A DNA stretch of 55,143 bases from a virus (IMGVR_UViG_3300033153_005039:1-55143); one strand, 5' to 3'; counted from the first letter of the stretch, positions 26,001 to 35,741 are shown. Notes: generated by a model not told the origin, from the letters alone. Translations and numbers: made by a program.

Positions 26001-28534
26001 TGTTTTCAGCGGCAGTAGATACAATTATTGAATCCGGACGGGTGATTAAGCGGACAATTGCGCTTGAAATCCGTAATGGCTTTGCCGCATGTGATGACGA
26101 GGATTATACCTGGGTCCCGGTCATAGATTTTGATATCGGCGTCACTGAGAACGTGCCCACTATCGGATCGATGAGGGCATCGCTGGCAATAAAAGACTTC
26201 GAGTACTTCGATGAGTTCGACCACGAATATTATGACACGGGCAACGCGGTCATGTTATATGCGGAGGCTCGTCTCCAATGCACGATATATCTCGACACAG
26301 GGACCGGACTTGCCGGAAACGTTACAATAGTTGCCGGAAATCGTACTGTGACGGGTGCCGGAACCGCATTTCTGACTGATTTCGTGCCCGGTGACCAGTT
26401 TTATGTCAATACGAACCCTGAAATATTGCTCATGGTCTGGGAAGTAACCAATAACACGACCATGACCGTGTACGAGATACCCTCTGAGAGCTTCGCAGGT
26501 GCCGCGTACAGCGTGGTAGATGCCGAGCGCGAGTACATCTTCCGTGGGTTCATTACCGACCGTCAGATCGTCGATAAGGCGATTACGGTCGAATGCTATG
26601 ACTGGCTCCAGAAACTACAGACATGCCTGACGAATTTCCAATTAGAGGCTGATTATGTAGCGGGTTCGCCATTTGCCAACGCAGCCTTGCAGGAAGAGCC
26701 CGTACTTGATATGGGTCAGCACATGATTTATGAGATTGATCCTATCGCTCATCCGTGGGCCGAGAATCCCGCAGGATTGAATCGTGTCTTTGTACCCGCA
26801 GCCTTCGAGGTTGAGATTTTCTGGGGCGCGGCATGGCATTTAGTCGCAGCCAGCAGATATCAGGTAATTGAAGTACTTGGGCTGATTGATTTCAAGGAAG
26901 ACATGGGTGCCGGTGCTGTCATGCGTATAGTGTCGGTTTCGGTTTATCAGGAAGGGACGCTGGAACTTGAGGACGTCTACACTGAGGTTCTGACAGATGA
27001 TTCGACAGTTGACTGGCCGGACTGCCTTAACATTGCCTGTGGTTTCGATGATACGACATGGCGCGAAACTCTCACGGGAACATTCACCCTTACCAACGGA
27101 AACATCAATGTTATCGGAATCGGCTGCGCTTTCGATACTGAATTGACTGCCGGTGATCGTATCGCACATAACGCGACACCGACAGATTTCGGTATCGTCG
27201 CTTCAATCGCGGGGCCGAATGCGCTGACGTTGGAATATCCATATCCAGGCGGGACCGCTGGGCCTTTCGCGGGATTCAAATCAACACTGAGATGGTCCGG
27301 TTTATCGATCACGAAAGTTGAATGGCAGTATTGTGATGGAACCGCCGCGAATCTGATGCGATTATTGCAGCGCGACTATGCTGATGTTCGCGGGTATCGA
27401 ATCTGGTACGACCCCATGGATGACGTTGTGAGGGGTGACAGGGTTGAGATAAGAGAAGATGCGGACCCGCGAGTTATGGACCTCGGACTGATCGGTTCAT
27501 TGATGACGGATATCACAAGTGAAAATTTCTACTCTGCTATCGCCGTGACGGGGACACTTGACCGGGCTAAGAATTATGCCACCGACGCCCTCGTTGCGAC
27601 CACGCTTGATGCTGAAATCGCGGGATGGAAACCGGGGACATCAAAGGGCGGCTCGACAGCCTTTGGCAATATGACCTGGAGTGTTACGCCCGGTGCCGGA
27701 AATGCCGAACTTGGATTAAGAGATACCGATATCGAGGTTGCCTACCCTGTTTATTTTACTTTTCCAAATGCCGCCGCCGCCCTTGCTGCCGAATTGGTCT
27801 GGTACGATTACATCACGATTGATCTCGGTGTTGAAATTAATCTTGGCGACATCATAATTTACAACATTAATTGTAAGAATGAAAACAATTACTCACAGGG
27901 TGTCTGGCTACAGTACTCAACTGATGGCGTGAACTTCTACGATATCCTGAACTGCTATCAAGTGGAATTCTCCGAAGATGAACGCAAGACTATCGATGCG
28001 AGTCAGTACACGGCGCGGCATATCAAGATAATGTGCCGTCCATTTAAATGGCCGCAAGGGACGGCATGGAGCGGTACGAGAACTCGCACAATGGGACTCA
28101 GGGAAATAATCATCTTTGGTTCCGAGGATATCTGCGAGATGGTCTGTGTGCAGAATACAGATGTCGGTGGTGGTCGAACAGTCGGTGGCGTTTTCATCAG
28201 TGATTATTATCCTGAGATCATAAAGAAGCTTTGCAATATCGGGCATCAGGTTTTGATCGATGATTCCGGCCTTGTCCTCAGTAATGAGGAAGCAATCGAC
28301 CGTGGCTATCTCCTGCTCAATGAATACATACGCCTTTACAGGCAGATAACATGGGACGGTGCTTTCGATCCCCGAATACAGATTTACCGCACGGTTCGCA
28401 CTCAGGACGTTTACCGCGAGGTTGATACCGATGTGCTCCGTTATATTTGCGAGAATTACAGCATCAATAACGAATCGACAATGATCTCCGGAAGGGAGTA
28501 CGGGGGCGGTGTACTTGCACCGAATTACTCATGA
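26000..28534 (+). CDS. tail tip/hub protein with two beta modules and a discoidin (F5/8-type C)-like domain
   Basis: IFRGFI...ITVECYDWL hub-like motif; ITIDLG....LGDI.I...LQYSTDGVNF...ARHIKI discoidin pattern; DPRIQ C-terminus. Confidence 0.75.
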   Translation: MFSAAVDTIIESGRVIKRTIALEIRNGFAACDDEDYTWVPVIDFDIGVTENVPTIGSMRASLAIKDFEYFDEFDHEYYDTGNAVMLYAEARLQCTIYLDTGTGLAGNVTIVAGNRTVTGAGTAFLTDFVPGDQFYVNTNPEILLMVWEVTNNTTMTVYEIPSESFAGAAYSVVDAEREYIFRGFITDRQIVDKAITVECYDWLQKLQTCLTNFQLEADYVAGSPFANAALQEEPVLDMGQHMIYEIDPIAHPWAENPAGLNRVFVPAAFEVEIFWGAAWHLVAASRYQVIEVLGLIDFKEDMGAGAVMRIVSVSVYQEGTLELEDVYTEVLTDDSTVDWPDCLNIACGFDDTTWRETLTGTFTLTNGNINVIGIGCAFDTELTAGDRIAHNATPTDFGIVASIAGPNALTLEYPYPGGTAGPFAGFKSTLRWSGLSITKVEWQYCDGTAANLMRLLQRDYADVRGYRIWYDPMDDVVRGDRVEIREDADPRVMDLGLIGSLMTDITSENFYSAIAVTGTLDRAKNYATDALVATTLDAEIAGWKPGTSKGGSTAFGNMTWSVTPGAGNAELGLRDTDIEVAYPVYFTFPNAAAALAAELVWYDYITIDLGVEINLGDIIIYNINCKNENNYSQGVWLQYSTDGVNFYDILNCYQVEFSEDERKTIDASQYTARHIKIMCRPFKWPQGTAWSGTRTRTMGLREIIIFGSEDICEMVCVQNTDVGGGRTVGGVFISDYYPEIIKKLCNIGHQVLIDDSGLVLSNEEAIDRGYLLLNEYIRLYRQITWDGAFDPRIQIYRTVRTQDVYREVDTDVLRYICENYSINNESTMISGREYGGGVLAPNYS

Positions 28535-30147
28535 CTTATCACGACAGATCATATAAGAACAGGCCACAGAATGAACCGCGTGAAATCGGACGTATCCATC
28601 GTGATCTTGCAGCGCAGGACGCGATGAGTATAAGTAAGATTTCCAGTAACCTTCACGCCATACCGACAGCACCGATAACAACAAGTGAAGGTGGCGATTC
28701 GGCCTGTTGCTGTGATCGAGTCGTGTATGTGAGCAAGGACGGCTCCGGTGATTTCGATGATATCCAGCAGGCCATTGACGATATCGCCGCTTACGAAACA
28801 CCATCGGCTACTGCGCCTTGGGTGATTTATATTTGTCCCGGCGAGTATGTCGGTGACGTTATCATGGCCGATTACGTGTCGCTGGTCGGCATCGGTACGA
28901 AGGAACATGGGGCGCGGATAATCGGCGTGGCGAATCCGGCTGTGATTACTTTTCCCGACCATGACACTACAATTGAAAATTTATATATTGAAACTGAAAT
29001 CGATCTCGGAGCAGCCACCTCAGCGGCGGTACATGTCCGGGGTTCTACGCACTGGATAATAAATTGCTCTGTAAATACGAATGCAATTAACGGGGCAGGT
29101 GGCGCATGTATTCATATCGACGAAGATGTCATAGTCCATATGGGAGAAAACATAATTAAATATGTCGGCACCGGGACAGATGCCGCAGCCAGAAGTCATA
29201 TTGGTGTCAATTTTGGATTCACTAACTCGAAGGTCTACTTTACCAACAATGAAATGAGCATTATCTTCGATGGTGATAACGATAACGGCTATCTGTTCCA
29301 TGAAGAGCCCGGAGTCGATCTCACGGTTTATGTCGAGAACAATATATTTAATATCGAAAGCACTACGTTAATCGGAGCCCCATCGATTTATAATTGGGAA
29401 GCGAATGGATTTGGCTATAGATATTCTGTTAATAATCACTGGATACAAAAATACAACGGCATTGGCGGCGCGGATACGGCTTTCAACTTAACAGGTGGGG
29501 CAAAGCTTGAATTCTTTAGCTCTCATAATAAATTGCAATATGACAGAGGCATAACCGGAATACTGGCAGCATGGGCTGGCGCGGAAACATTCTATTCCAT
29601 CTTCGACGATCTCGATAATTATACAGCTACTATCCCCGGTGCTCTCGCTGTTTTCAAATATGTAATATCGGGTGATGCGAATTACGGTACTCCCGGCAAC
29701 CTGCATATCAGCAATGCCTATACAAGCGATGACCCGCCGCGCTCCCGTGGATACCGTAACGGTAATCAGCTAATCGGCACAGGTGCCCTGACCATCGTTC
29801 AGACGAATGCTGAAACTTATGATTCATCGAACATTCATAATACTGGAACTTACAGAACGATCCCGAACGTGCCCGGTTACTATTCCGTTGAAGCGCAGAT
29901 AACGTATCAATCGGGTGTGGATACAAAGAAATACTATTGCGATATTCTGAAAAATGGCGGTCTGGCAGCGAGAACCATAGTCCGCACCGGTTCAGCAGGC
30001 GCGATAGCCGCCCGATGCTCTGATATAATCTTTTGCAATGGCTCGACAGACTTTATAGAATTACGAGCGTATCATGACTCCGGTGCGGGCAAGAATTTAT
30101 CAGGTAATACTTATTCCACTTTCATCTGTGTTCATAAATTATCATAG
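28531..30147 (+). CDS. tail spike/fibre: pectin-lyase-like beta-helix plus C-terminal C1q/TNF-like domain
   Basis: VYVSKDGSGDFDDIQQAID...VIYICPGEY; N/I-rich coils; T.RTIPNVPGYYSV.AQI...ILKNG...NGSTDFIEL. Confidence 0.8.
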   Translation: MTYHDRSYKNRPQNEPREIGRIHRDLAAQDAMSISKISSNLHAIPTAPITTSEGGDSACCCDRVVYVSKDGSGDFDDIQQAIDDIAAYETPSATAPWVIYICPGEYVGDVIMADYVSLVGIGTKEHGARIIGVANPAVITFPDHDTTIENLYIETEIDLGAATSAAVHVRGSTHWIINCSVNTNAINGAGGACIHIDEDVIVHMGENIIKYVGTGTDAAARSHIGVNFGFTNSKVYFTNNEMSIIFDGDNDNGYLFHEEPGVDLTVYVENNIFNIESTTLIGAPSIYNWEANGFGYRYSVNNHWIQKYNGIGGADTAFNLTGGAKLEFFSSHNKLQYDRGITGILAAWAGAETFYSIFDDLDNYTATIPGALAVFKYVISGDANYGTPGNLHISNAYTSDDPPRSRGYRNGNQLIGTGALTIVQTNAETYDSSNIHNTGTYRTIPNVPGYYSVEAQITYQSGVDTKKYYCDILKNGGLAARTIVRTGSAGAIAARCSDIIFCNGSTDFIELRAYHDSGAGKNLSGNTYSTFICVHKLS

Positions 30148-30156
30148 GAGTTCGCA

Positions 30157-30411
30157 ATGGCCTTCAAGGAAGATTTAAAAAAGCATTTGCCGAGGATGAT
30201 AACCGACCCGGAATCCCCATATGATATAATGGGAACCGTTCTCGATTTATGTTCGCCGTTAACCCTGAGTTCGATAAAGAGCGACCTGACACCGGCACTG
30301 AATCAGGCCATTGATGAATATCATGCAGAGATAAGGGACACTATCAGGGCGCAAGCATTGGAGTTGCCGGAAGATGATCCATTACGATTAGCGATTGAGA
30401 TCACGCCATGA
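30157..30411 (+). CDS. hypothetical protein (possible fibre chaperone)
   Basis: AGGAG RBS; follows the spike gene. Confidence 0.65.
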   Translation: MAFKEDLKKHLPRMITDPESPYDIMGTVLDLCSPLTLSSIKSDLTPALNQAIDEYHAEIRDTIRAQALELPEDDPLRLAIEITP

Positions 30412-31688
30412 CAGATAGAAAACAATTCACGCACAGACAGATTCAAATGGCCGGACCCGCCGTCCTGTCCGCATACGACGACGTGAACGACTATTACTAC
30501 CGTCTGGGGTACTTGGATAACCTCGCCCTCAGTCGCGTCTCTGACAGCGTGTATCAGCGCGAGTACCATGTTTCACGGTCGGTTGCCATTGACGCAATTA
30601 CCCGTGAAGAGGACTGGGCATTAAAATTCTCAATCAAGGAGCGATTAAACCCGGACTGGCAGCGGCTCGTTTTTAAAAATTGTGGCACTCCGGTAATCCA
30701 TGAGGAGTGTTCCCTGCAAGTGACCGCCGAAAAGATGCGGATGTTCCGACGGCACGCGAAATTTATTGACAGTGAGGGCGCATTATGGGGTAGTGAACTT
30801 CCCGGACCGCCACCGGATGTACCACCGCCAGTACCACCGCCCGTAAATGTTATCGGACACGACGGCGCAGGTGGCGCAATCCCTGCGGGAACTTACGTGA
30901 TCGTTGTCGAGGCAGAATATATCGATCATCAGAACGCGGGTATCGCTGTGCGATCTGAGTACATGGAAACGGGCGCGATAATTGTGGGCGCGTCGCGAGT
31001 AACGCTGACATGGGATGCCCCGGCGGGAACATATGAACCACATCACTACAATATTTACGTTTACAACACGACGCTGGGCCAAACCCGCGCCGATGCACAA
31101 CTAACAGCAGTTGTCGGAAATGAACAACCGGCCGCGATTGTGTTCGATGAATTTCAGGACTTCGGGGACTATCCCGGCGACGTTGACGGCGCGAGTTTTA
31201 TTGTCACTGACAGCACGGGAGAAATCGAGTACGTGAACGGTGACGATTACACCATTGATATTTCATGCGGGATTTTTAAGCTGGTCGAAGACGGCGATAT
31301 TCAGGACGGGCAATTAATAATTATTTACTATGCCTTTGTCGCGAATCCGTACTATCAGCAAAGTATCGGACCCGGTGACAGGAATCCTCGAATCCTTCAC
31401 TTTGTAATCAAGTGGTTCAAAGATGATGAAAGAATCAATCCAGCTGGGCGCGGGTGTGAAATTCATCTCTATCACGTTCACGCCGAGTCAGGCTTTGAAT
31501 GGCTATTCGATGAAATGAATTTTGAATCGGGCTGGGATCAGGACTACCGCGTCCTGCTCGACTCAGGCACTGGGAAATACGGTGATATCTTTACGTTCCA
31601 CAAGTACATGGAGTCATGGGAATTATTCGAGCTGTCTGGAATCAGCGATTACACGAACGATGAAGCATGCGATCTGGTGAGCTCATGA
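30408..31688 (+). CDS. major tail tube protein paralog, copy 2
   Basis: Full-length similarity to 19826..21079 (GPAVLSAYDDVNDYYYRLGY, ERLNPDWQRL, IGPGDRNP, ESGFEWLFD, C.LVSS). Confidence 0.8.
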   Translation: MTDRKQFTHRQIQMAGPAVLSAYDDVNDYYYRLGYLDNLALSRVSDSVYQREYHVSRSVAIDAITREEDWALKFSIKERLNPDWQRLVFKNCGTPVIHEECSLQVTAEKMRMFRRHAKFIDSEGALWGSELPGPPPDVPPPVPPPVNVIGHDGAGGAIPAGTYVIVVEAEYIDHQNAGIAVRSEYMETGAIIVGASRVTLTWDAPAGTYEPHHYNIYVYNTTLGQTRADAQLTAVVGNEQPAAIVFDEFQDFGDYPGDVDGASFIVTDSTGEIEYVNGDDYTIDISCGIFKLVEDGDIQDGQLIIIYYAFVANPYYQQSIGPGDRNPRILHFVIKWFKDDERINPAGRGCEIHLYHVHAESGFEWLFDEMNFESGWDQDYRVLLDSGTGKYGDIFTFHKYMESWELFELSGISDYTNDEACDLVSS

Positions 31689-32005
31689 TCGAGGTCATGG
31701 TCAAAGAGATTACCCGCGACGGTGCAAAGAGCACTGTCGATATCGATTATCTCGACATGGACGACTTCGATCCGAACATGATTGTCAGCCTTCATGTCAC
31801 TGATGAAGAAGCGGTCGAAATGATTCGGTACTGTGAAGATGTCGTAAAAACTGTTAATATGAAAGCATATGAATATAAACCCGGCGAACCATCGTCCGGG
31901 CTTGTGTTTTTTGGATATCCACACCGGGGCAAAGTGCTTGCTTCAAAACTCAGAGACCTTTTACGGCATATCCTGAAAGCTCTGAATGCAGGAATGTCGA
32001 TATAA
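31685..32005 (+). CDS. hypothetical protein
   Basis: ATGA overlap with tube copy 2. Confidence 0.6.
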   Translation: MIEVMVKEITRDGAKSTVDIDYLDMDDFDPNMIVSLHVTDEEAVEMIRYCEDVVKTVNMKAYEYKPGEPSSGLVFFGYPHRGKVLASKLRDLLRHILKALNAGMSI

Positions 32006-32016
32006 CGGAGGCAATC

Positions 32017-32277
32017 ATGGACGACAAGACAAAGCAACTTTACCGCGATATCAGGGAAGCAAAGGATCGATTCGTCAGGGAGATCGGCGATATCTGTGTC
32101 GGTTACGGCATGGAGGTTGTACCGCTTTCCTTCGATGACATCTTCGGCATCTGGAATCCTGGCATTGAGAAGATCATCGATAAGGATTTCAGGCGCGGGA
32201 TCGAACGCAAGGTAAAGAAGATCAACAAGGAACTCAATCCTTTATGGAGAGCGTTGCGTAAATTATTCGGGAAATAA
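32017..32277 (+). CDS. hypothetical protein
   Basis: GGAGG RBS. Confidence 0.65.
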   Translation: MDDKTKQLYRDIREAKDRFVREIGDICVGYGMEVVPLSFDDIFGIWNPGIEKIIDKDFRRGIERKVKKINKELNPLWRALRKLFGK

Positions 32278-32289
32278 AACGGGGGAATT

Positions 32290-32532
32290 ATGACTGGCAA
32301 GAAACCAAATGGAATCAGGGGATGGATCGCGATAGCGACATTCATTCTCATGGTATGCGGCATGTTCATCTGGGTAGGATTCTGGAAAGCCGAGGCTGCC
32401 GATAACACCGCGACAAATATCGATCAGGAATCTCGTATTAGAACTATTGAGGAAGCTACGATCAGAACTGATGAACGCCTTACTAACATCGAGGAAGATA
32501 TCGATGAAATATTAGAGGAGGTGAAGAGATGA
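32290..32532 (+). CDS. single-TM coiled-coil protein (XhlA/holin-like)
   Basis: TM segment WIAIATFILMVCGMFIWVGFW followed by a coiled coil. Confidence 0.55.
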   Translation: MTGKKPNGIRGWIAIATFILMVCGMFIWVGFWKAEAADNTATNIDQESRIRTIEEATIRTDERLTNIEEDIDEILEEVKR

Positions 32533-32714
32533 AACCCACAGTTATAACGACTGAATTTATTCTTACCGCAATCTTTCTAGTCGGTGTAATCGTGATCGCC
32601 ATAGCGCGTCCGGAATCTCTTGAGGAATTCAAGAATATGTTCTATACCGCTGGCGGCCTGATCGGTGCTTACAACATCAGCCGTGGCATCGCCAAGAACG
32701 GTAATGGTAAATGA
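32529..32714 (+). CDS. holin-like two-TM protein
   Basis: KP...TTEF start, two hydrophobic helices, Y.ISRGIAK end. Confidence 0.6.
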   Translation: MKPTVITTEFILTAIFLVGVIVIAIARPESLEEFKNMFYTAGGLIGAYNISRGIAKNGNGK

Positions 32715-33295
32715 GCTTCGTAATAATATCTGCCTTCACTATTGGAACGCCTTATGAGTTTGAGGTCAGAAAGCTTCACGACTCAATCAGGCGTTTTGAA
32801 CTGCCTCATAAAATCTATCCCATGCAGGATCATGGTGACTGGTTTACCAATTGTCATCACATCATAGAAGTTATCGAGCAGGGATTAAAGGAATTCCCCA
32901 ATAAAAATATTGTCTGGCTGGATGCCGATGCTGTGATTGTTAAGAATCCTGTACTATTCAGCACCTTCTCTCGCGATCTCGGAGCTCACCGAAGGAAGAA
33001 CAAAAAGGATGCGGGTTATCACTGGAATACGGGCACGATCTTCTATCGCAATAATGAAAAGGTGAGAGAGAGAATACATCTGATGGCTCTGAATATGAGG
33101 GCGTATTATTGTGGTGAAGCGGAAATTTATTATGATGTCGATTGGATGCTTGCGAACGCTGATAAATTAGGTCTTGATCTGGGAGAACTGCCAACCGCAT
33201 ACAGTATAATCTTTGATACCAAACAGCCGGAAGAGATTAATGTCGAGCCGGTCATAATCCATAACCAGGCATCGCGACGATTAAAGAATGTCTGA
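32711..33295 (+). CDS. GT-A fold nucleotide-diphospho-sugar transferase
   Basis: IVWLDADA (DxD), NTGTIFY, LPTAY..IFD, I.HNQASRR. Confidence 0.82.
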   Translation: MSFVIISAFTIGTPYEFEVRKLHDSIRRFELPHKIYPMQDHGDWFTNCHHIIEVIEQGLKEFPNKNIVWLDADAVIVKNPVLFSTFSRDLGAHRRKNKKDAGYHWNTGTIFYRNNEKVRERIHLMALNMRAYYCGEAEIYYDVDWMLANADKLGLDLGELPTAYSIIFDTKQPEEINVEPVIIHNQASRRLKNV

Positions 33296-34049
33296 GAAAA
33301 AACATACTACCAAATGGAAAAGACGCCGTTGTTCGATCTGTGATGAATCGGAACGACTCAAGCTTCTTCACCATCGGACCCTGCAATTAAAGGTGAATGA
33401 TGGCTGGTTTATATTCGAGCAATACGATACTGTCTGTAATGGGTGCGGCTTTGTATTTAATGGCAGGGTCCCGGATGAATCATTCATCAGGGAATATTAT
33501 GAGAAATCGGTAATCAGAGTCAAGGCGGATTACGATTCTGAGAGCAGATTGAAATTAATCAAAGAGCTTATACCTTCGGGTTCAAAAGTAATCGAGTTCG
33601 GTTCCGGTCGCGGTGAGTTTGTAGATGATTTGAACAATGCCGGATACATCGCCGATGGTCTCGATTATATCGATGACGCTGGGAGTGATTTGATATACGA
33701 TGCCGCCATTGCATATTACGTTCTGGAGCACGTAATTAATCCAGGTGTATTTATAAAAAAGATGAAATCATTCGTCGTGGACGGTGGCTTTATAATTGTT
33801 GAGGTCCCGGATTTCCACAACTATACCGAGCATTCCCTTTATCATGAACACTTGAACCATTTCACCGTTCAGCATTTGACCACCTTGTTTACAATGAATG
33901 ATTTGCAGGTATTGAAAGTGTTAACAGGCCACAGTCGAGACTTCGGGTTCGCCATTGTCGGTATAAATAATTATAGCAATATCCTTGATAAGAAATATCG
34001 GAAAACGATGTTTAGAATAAAGGAATACTGGACTGCCAAGAATGGCTGA
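33288..34049 (+). CDS. class I SAM-dependent methyltransferase with N-terminal Zn-binding domain
   Basis: CSIC...CNGCG; VIEFGSGRG; VLEHV.NP; IVEVPD; EHLNHFT. Confidence 0.9.
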   Translation: MSEKKHTTKWKRRRCSICDESERLKLLHHRTLQLKVNDGWFIFEQYDTVCNGCGFVFNGRVPDESFIREYYEKSVIRVKADYDSESRLKLIKELIPSGSKVIEFGSGRGEFVDDLNNAGYIADGLDYIDDAGSDLIYDAAIAYYVLEHVINPGVFIKKMKSFVVDGGFIIVEVPDFHNYTEHSLYHEHLNHFTVQHLTTLFTMNDLQVLKVLTGHSRDFGFAIVGINNYSNILDKKYRKTMFRIKEYWTAKNG

Positions 34050-34692
34050 TGATATTTTAAAATCCAATTTCATACCCGCTAAGACAGCGGTTATTCTAGC
34101 TCCGGGTCCCAATGGTCGCGAGCATTGGGATAAAATTCTATCAGGTACATTCGTTATTGCCGTGAATCAGGCAATAGAAATCAAAGAAGTAAATAAGACG
34201 ATCTGGCTTGCCAGTGATGGAACGCTGCCTGAAAAGAAATGGTTCGACAAGGCAGCCAATGAACTCATCGCAAGCAATTATGACCTGCACGATCTCGACA
34301 AACCCACACCTGTTTTCGATTCCGGTAAGTTGTTGAGATCATATCCTGATGTAAAATATACTTTCGAGCACGGCGGATCGTTATCGAAACAACCGTGGGG
34401 GTGCTTCCCCGGTGTTCTCCGTGGTGGTGCTACCGTGGCAGCTCAGGCGATGCAGCTCGCGTATCATTTGGGCTGTAAAAAAATAATCCTGTGCGGGGTT
34501 GACATGATGGGGAAGTATTATTTTAATGGGGGAATGATCGATAATATCCAGGTCCCCGATAATTCCGCAGGCAAGAAATGGCTCGCGCTGAACTGGATGC
34601 AGATACTCGTTAAGTGGTTTAAAGAAAACGGTACAGAAGTCAATTCAATAAGCAAGACAGCGATAAATGTTGCGAAAGTAAGGAGCGTATGA
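34042..34692 (+). CDS. DUF115/Maf (CstII sialyltransferase-like fold) protein, copy 1
   Basis: AVILAPGP, VIAVN, GATVAAQAMQLAYHLGCKKIILCGVDM. Confidence 0.75.
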   Translation: MADDILKSNFIPAKTAVILAPGPNGREHWDKILSGTFVIAVNQAIEIKEVNKTIWLASDGTLPEKKWFDKAANELIASNYDLHDLDKPTPVFDSGKLLRSYPDVKYTFEHGGSLSKQPWGCFPGVLRGGATVAAQAMQLAYHLGCKKIILCGVDMMGKYYFNGGMIDNIQVPDNSAGKKWLALNWMQILVKWFKENGTEVNSISKTAINVAKVRSV

Positions 34693-35489
34693 TGCCACAG
34701 TTAACCAAGATGTTTCCCGGAATAAAAAAAGGTAAGTACGGATTCGGTAAGAAACAGCATCAGGACCGCCATAAGCAGCGCGACATCCTCAAGCTGAAAC
34801 ACAAGATCACCCTACCCCTTGAAGATGGAAAGCGAACGTGCTACGTGGTTTCTCCGGGCCTGTACGGCCGCGACCATTACGGAGAGATACCAGAGGATGC
34901 ATTCGTTATCATCGTCAACTACGCGATAATGATCCCGGCATGGTGTCGCGAGAACGGTATCAGGGAATTGAAACCCGCGATATGGCTTTGCGCTGACAGG
35001 AATCTGGCAACGAAACCGGAATGCAAATGGTTCGTTGATGAACTCGATAAGATTATTGCAGCCGGGTACTCGCTCGAAATGGAAAACATTAAGGCAGGTG
35101 GCCCGGTCGTGCCCGTATTCGATAGCGGATTTCTTGGTGGTATCTTCCCAGTAGTCAGGACCATATTCAGTCATGGAAGATCGATGCGCCGTAAGCAGCC
35201 GCAGCCGATACCGAATCGATTACGCGCCGGATTAACGATAAGCTGTCAGGCAATGCAGTTGGCTTACTGGCTCGGAGCGGAGACTATTAAAATTTGCGGG
35301 ATAGATATGTGGTCAGATGATTACTTCGATGGGCACAAGACGAATGTGAGCGCGAGGCGTAACCGGGCATGGCCCCAGTGCACGCACTTCGATCAGTTCA
35401 TTCGATGGCTTAAAGCAAATGGGATACGCCCGGTGAGCATCAGCAGGACGGCGTTAAAGATCGAGCAGCCGCCAGCGGTGCCGGATTAA
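34689..35489 (+). CDS. DUF115/Maf (CstII sialyltransferase-like fold) protein, copy 2
   Basis: YVVSPG, IIVN, PVFDSG, TISCQAMQLAYWLGAETIKICGIDM; paralog of the upstream gene. Confidence 0.75.
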   Translation: MMPQLTKMFPGIKKGKYGFGKKQHQDRHKQRDILKLKHKITLPLEDGKRTCYVVSPGLYGRDHYGEIPEDAFVIIVNYAIMIPAWCRENGIRELKPAIWLCADRNLATKPECKWFVDELDKIIAAGYSLEMENIKAGGPVVPVFDSGFLGGIFPVVRTIFSHGRSMRRKQPQPIPNRLRAGLTISCQAMQLAYWLGAETIKICGIDMWSDDYFDGHKTNVSARRNRAWPQCTHFDQFIRWLKANGIRPVSISRTALKIEQPPAVPD

Positions 35490-35491
35490 TC
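35468..35491. repeat. imperfect 24-bp direct repeat (second copy 36046-36069) bounding a moron
   Basis: 20/24 identical with an exact TGCCGGATTAATC core. Confidence 0.65.
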
Positions 35492-35501
35492 AATGGCAGT
35501 T

Positions 35502-35741
35502 TCATGCATGAAAAAAACTTGGCTTACTTTCGGTATGCTTCATCCTCTCCGCATACTCTGATCGGTTCTTGATTTCGCCCAGGAATGTATGTACTGATTC
35601 AAGTTCGGGGTGCGCCTTGAAAGTGGCGGCTATCGTGTTCGGTGTATCCATTCCAGTACCCGCGAGTTTGCCATTCCTGTTATAATATTTCGCCCCGGCC
35701 TGGTGAATGATTTCTTGCTTTAACTTTTTCATCGTGAACAT
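35502..35741 (-). CDS. hypothetical moron protein
   Basis: GGAGG RBS. Confidence 0.7.
   Translation of the reverse strand: MFTMKKLKQEIIHQAGAKYYNRNGKLAGTGMDTPNTIAATFKAHPELESVHTFLGEIKNRSEYAERMKHTESKPSFFHA

Noticed and set aside
19826-31688. Tube (or decoration) paralogs as a DGR template/variable pair
   Set aside because: No reverse transcriptase is present; differences are not adenine-specific; both copies are intact full-length ORFs.
8852-35174. Many antisense and alternate-frame ORFs in the supplied track over the structural genes
   Set aside because: They are shadows of long motif-bearing plus-strand genes and lack RBSs or recognisable motifs.
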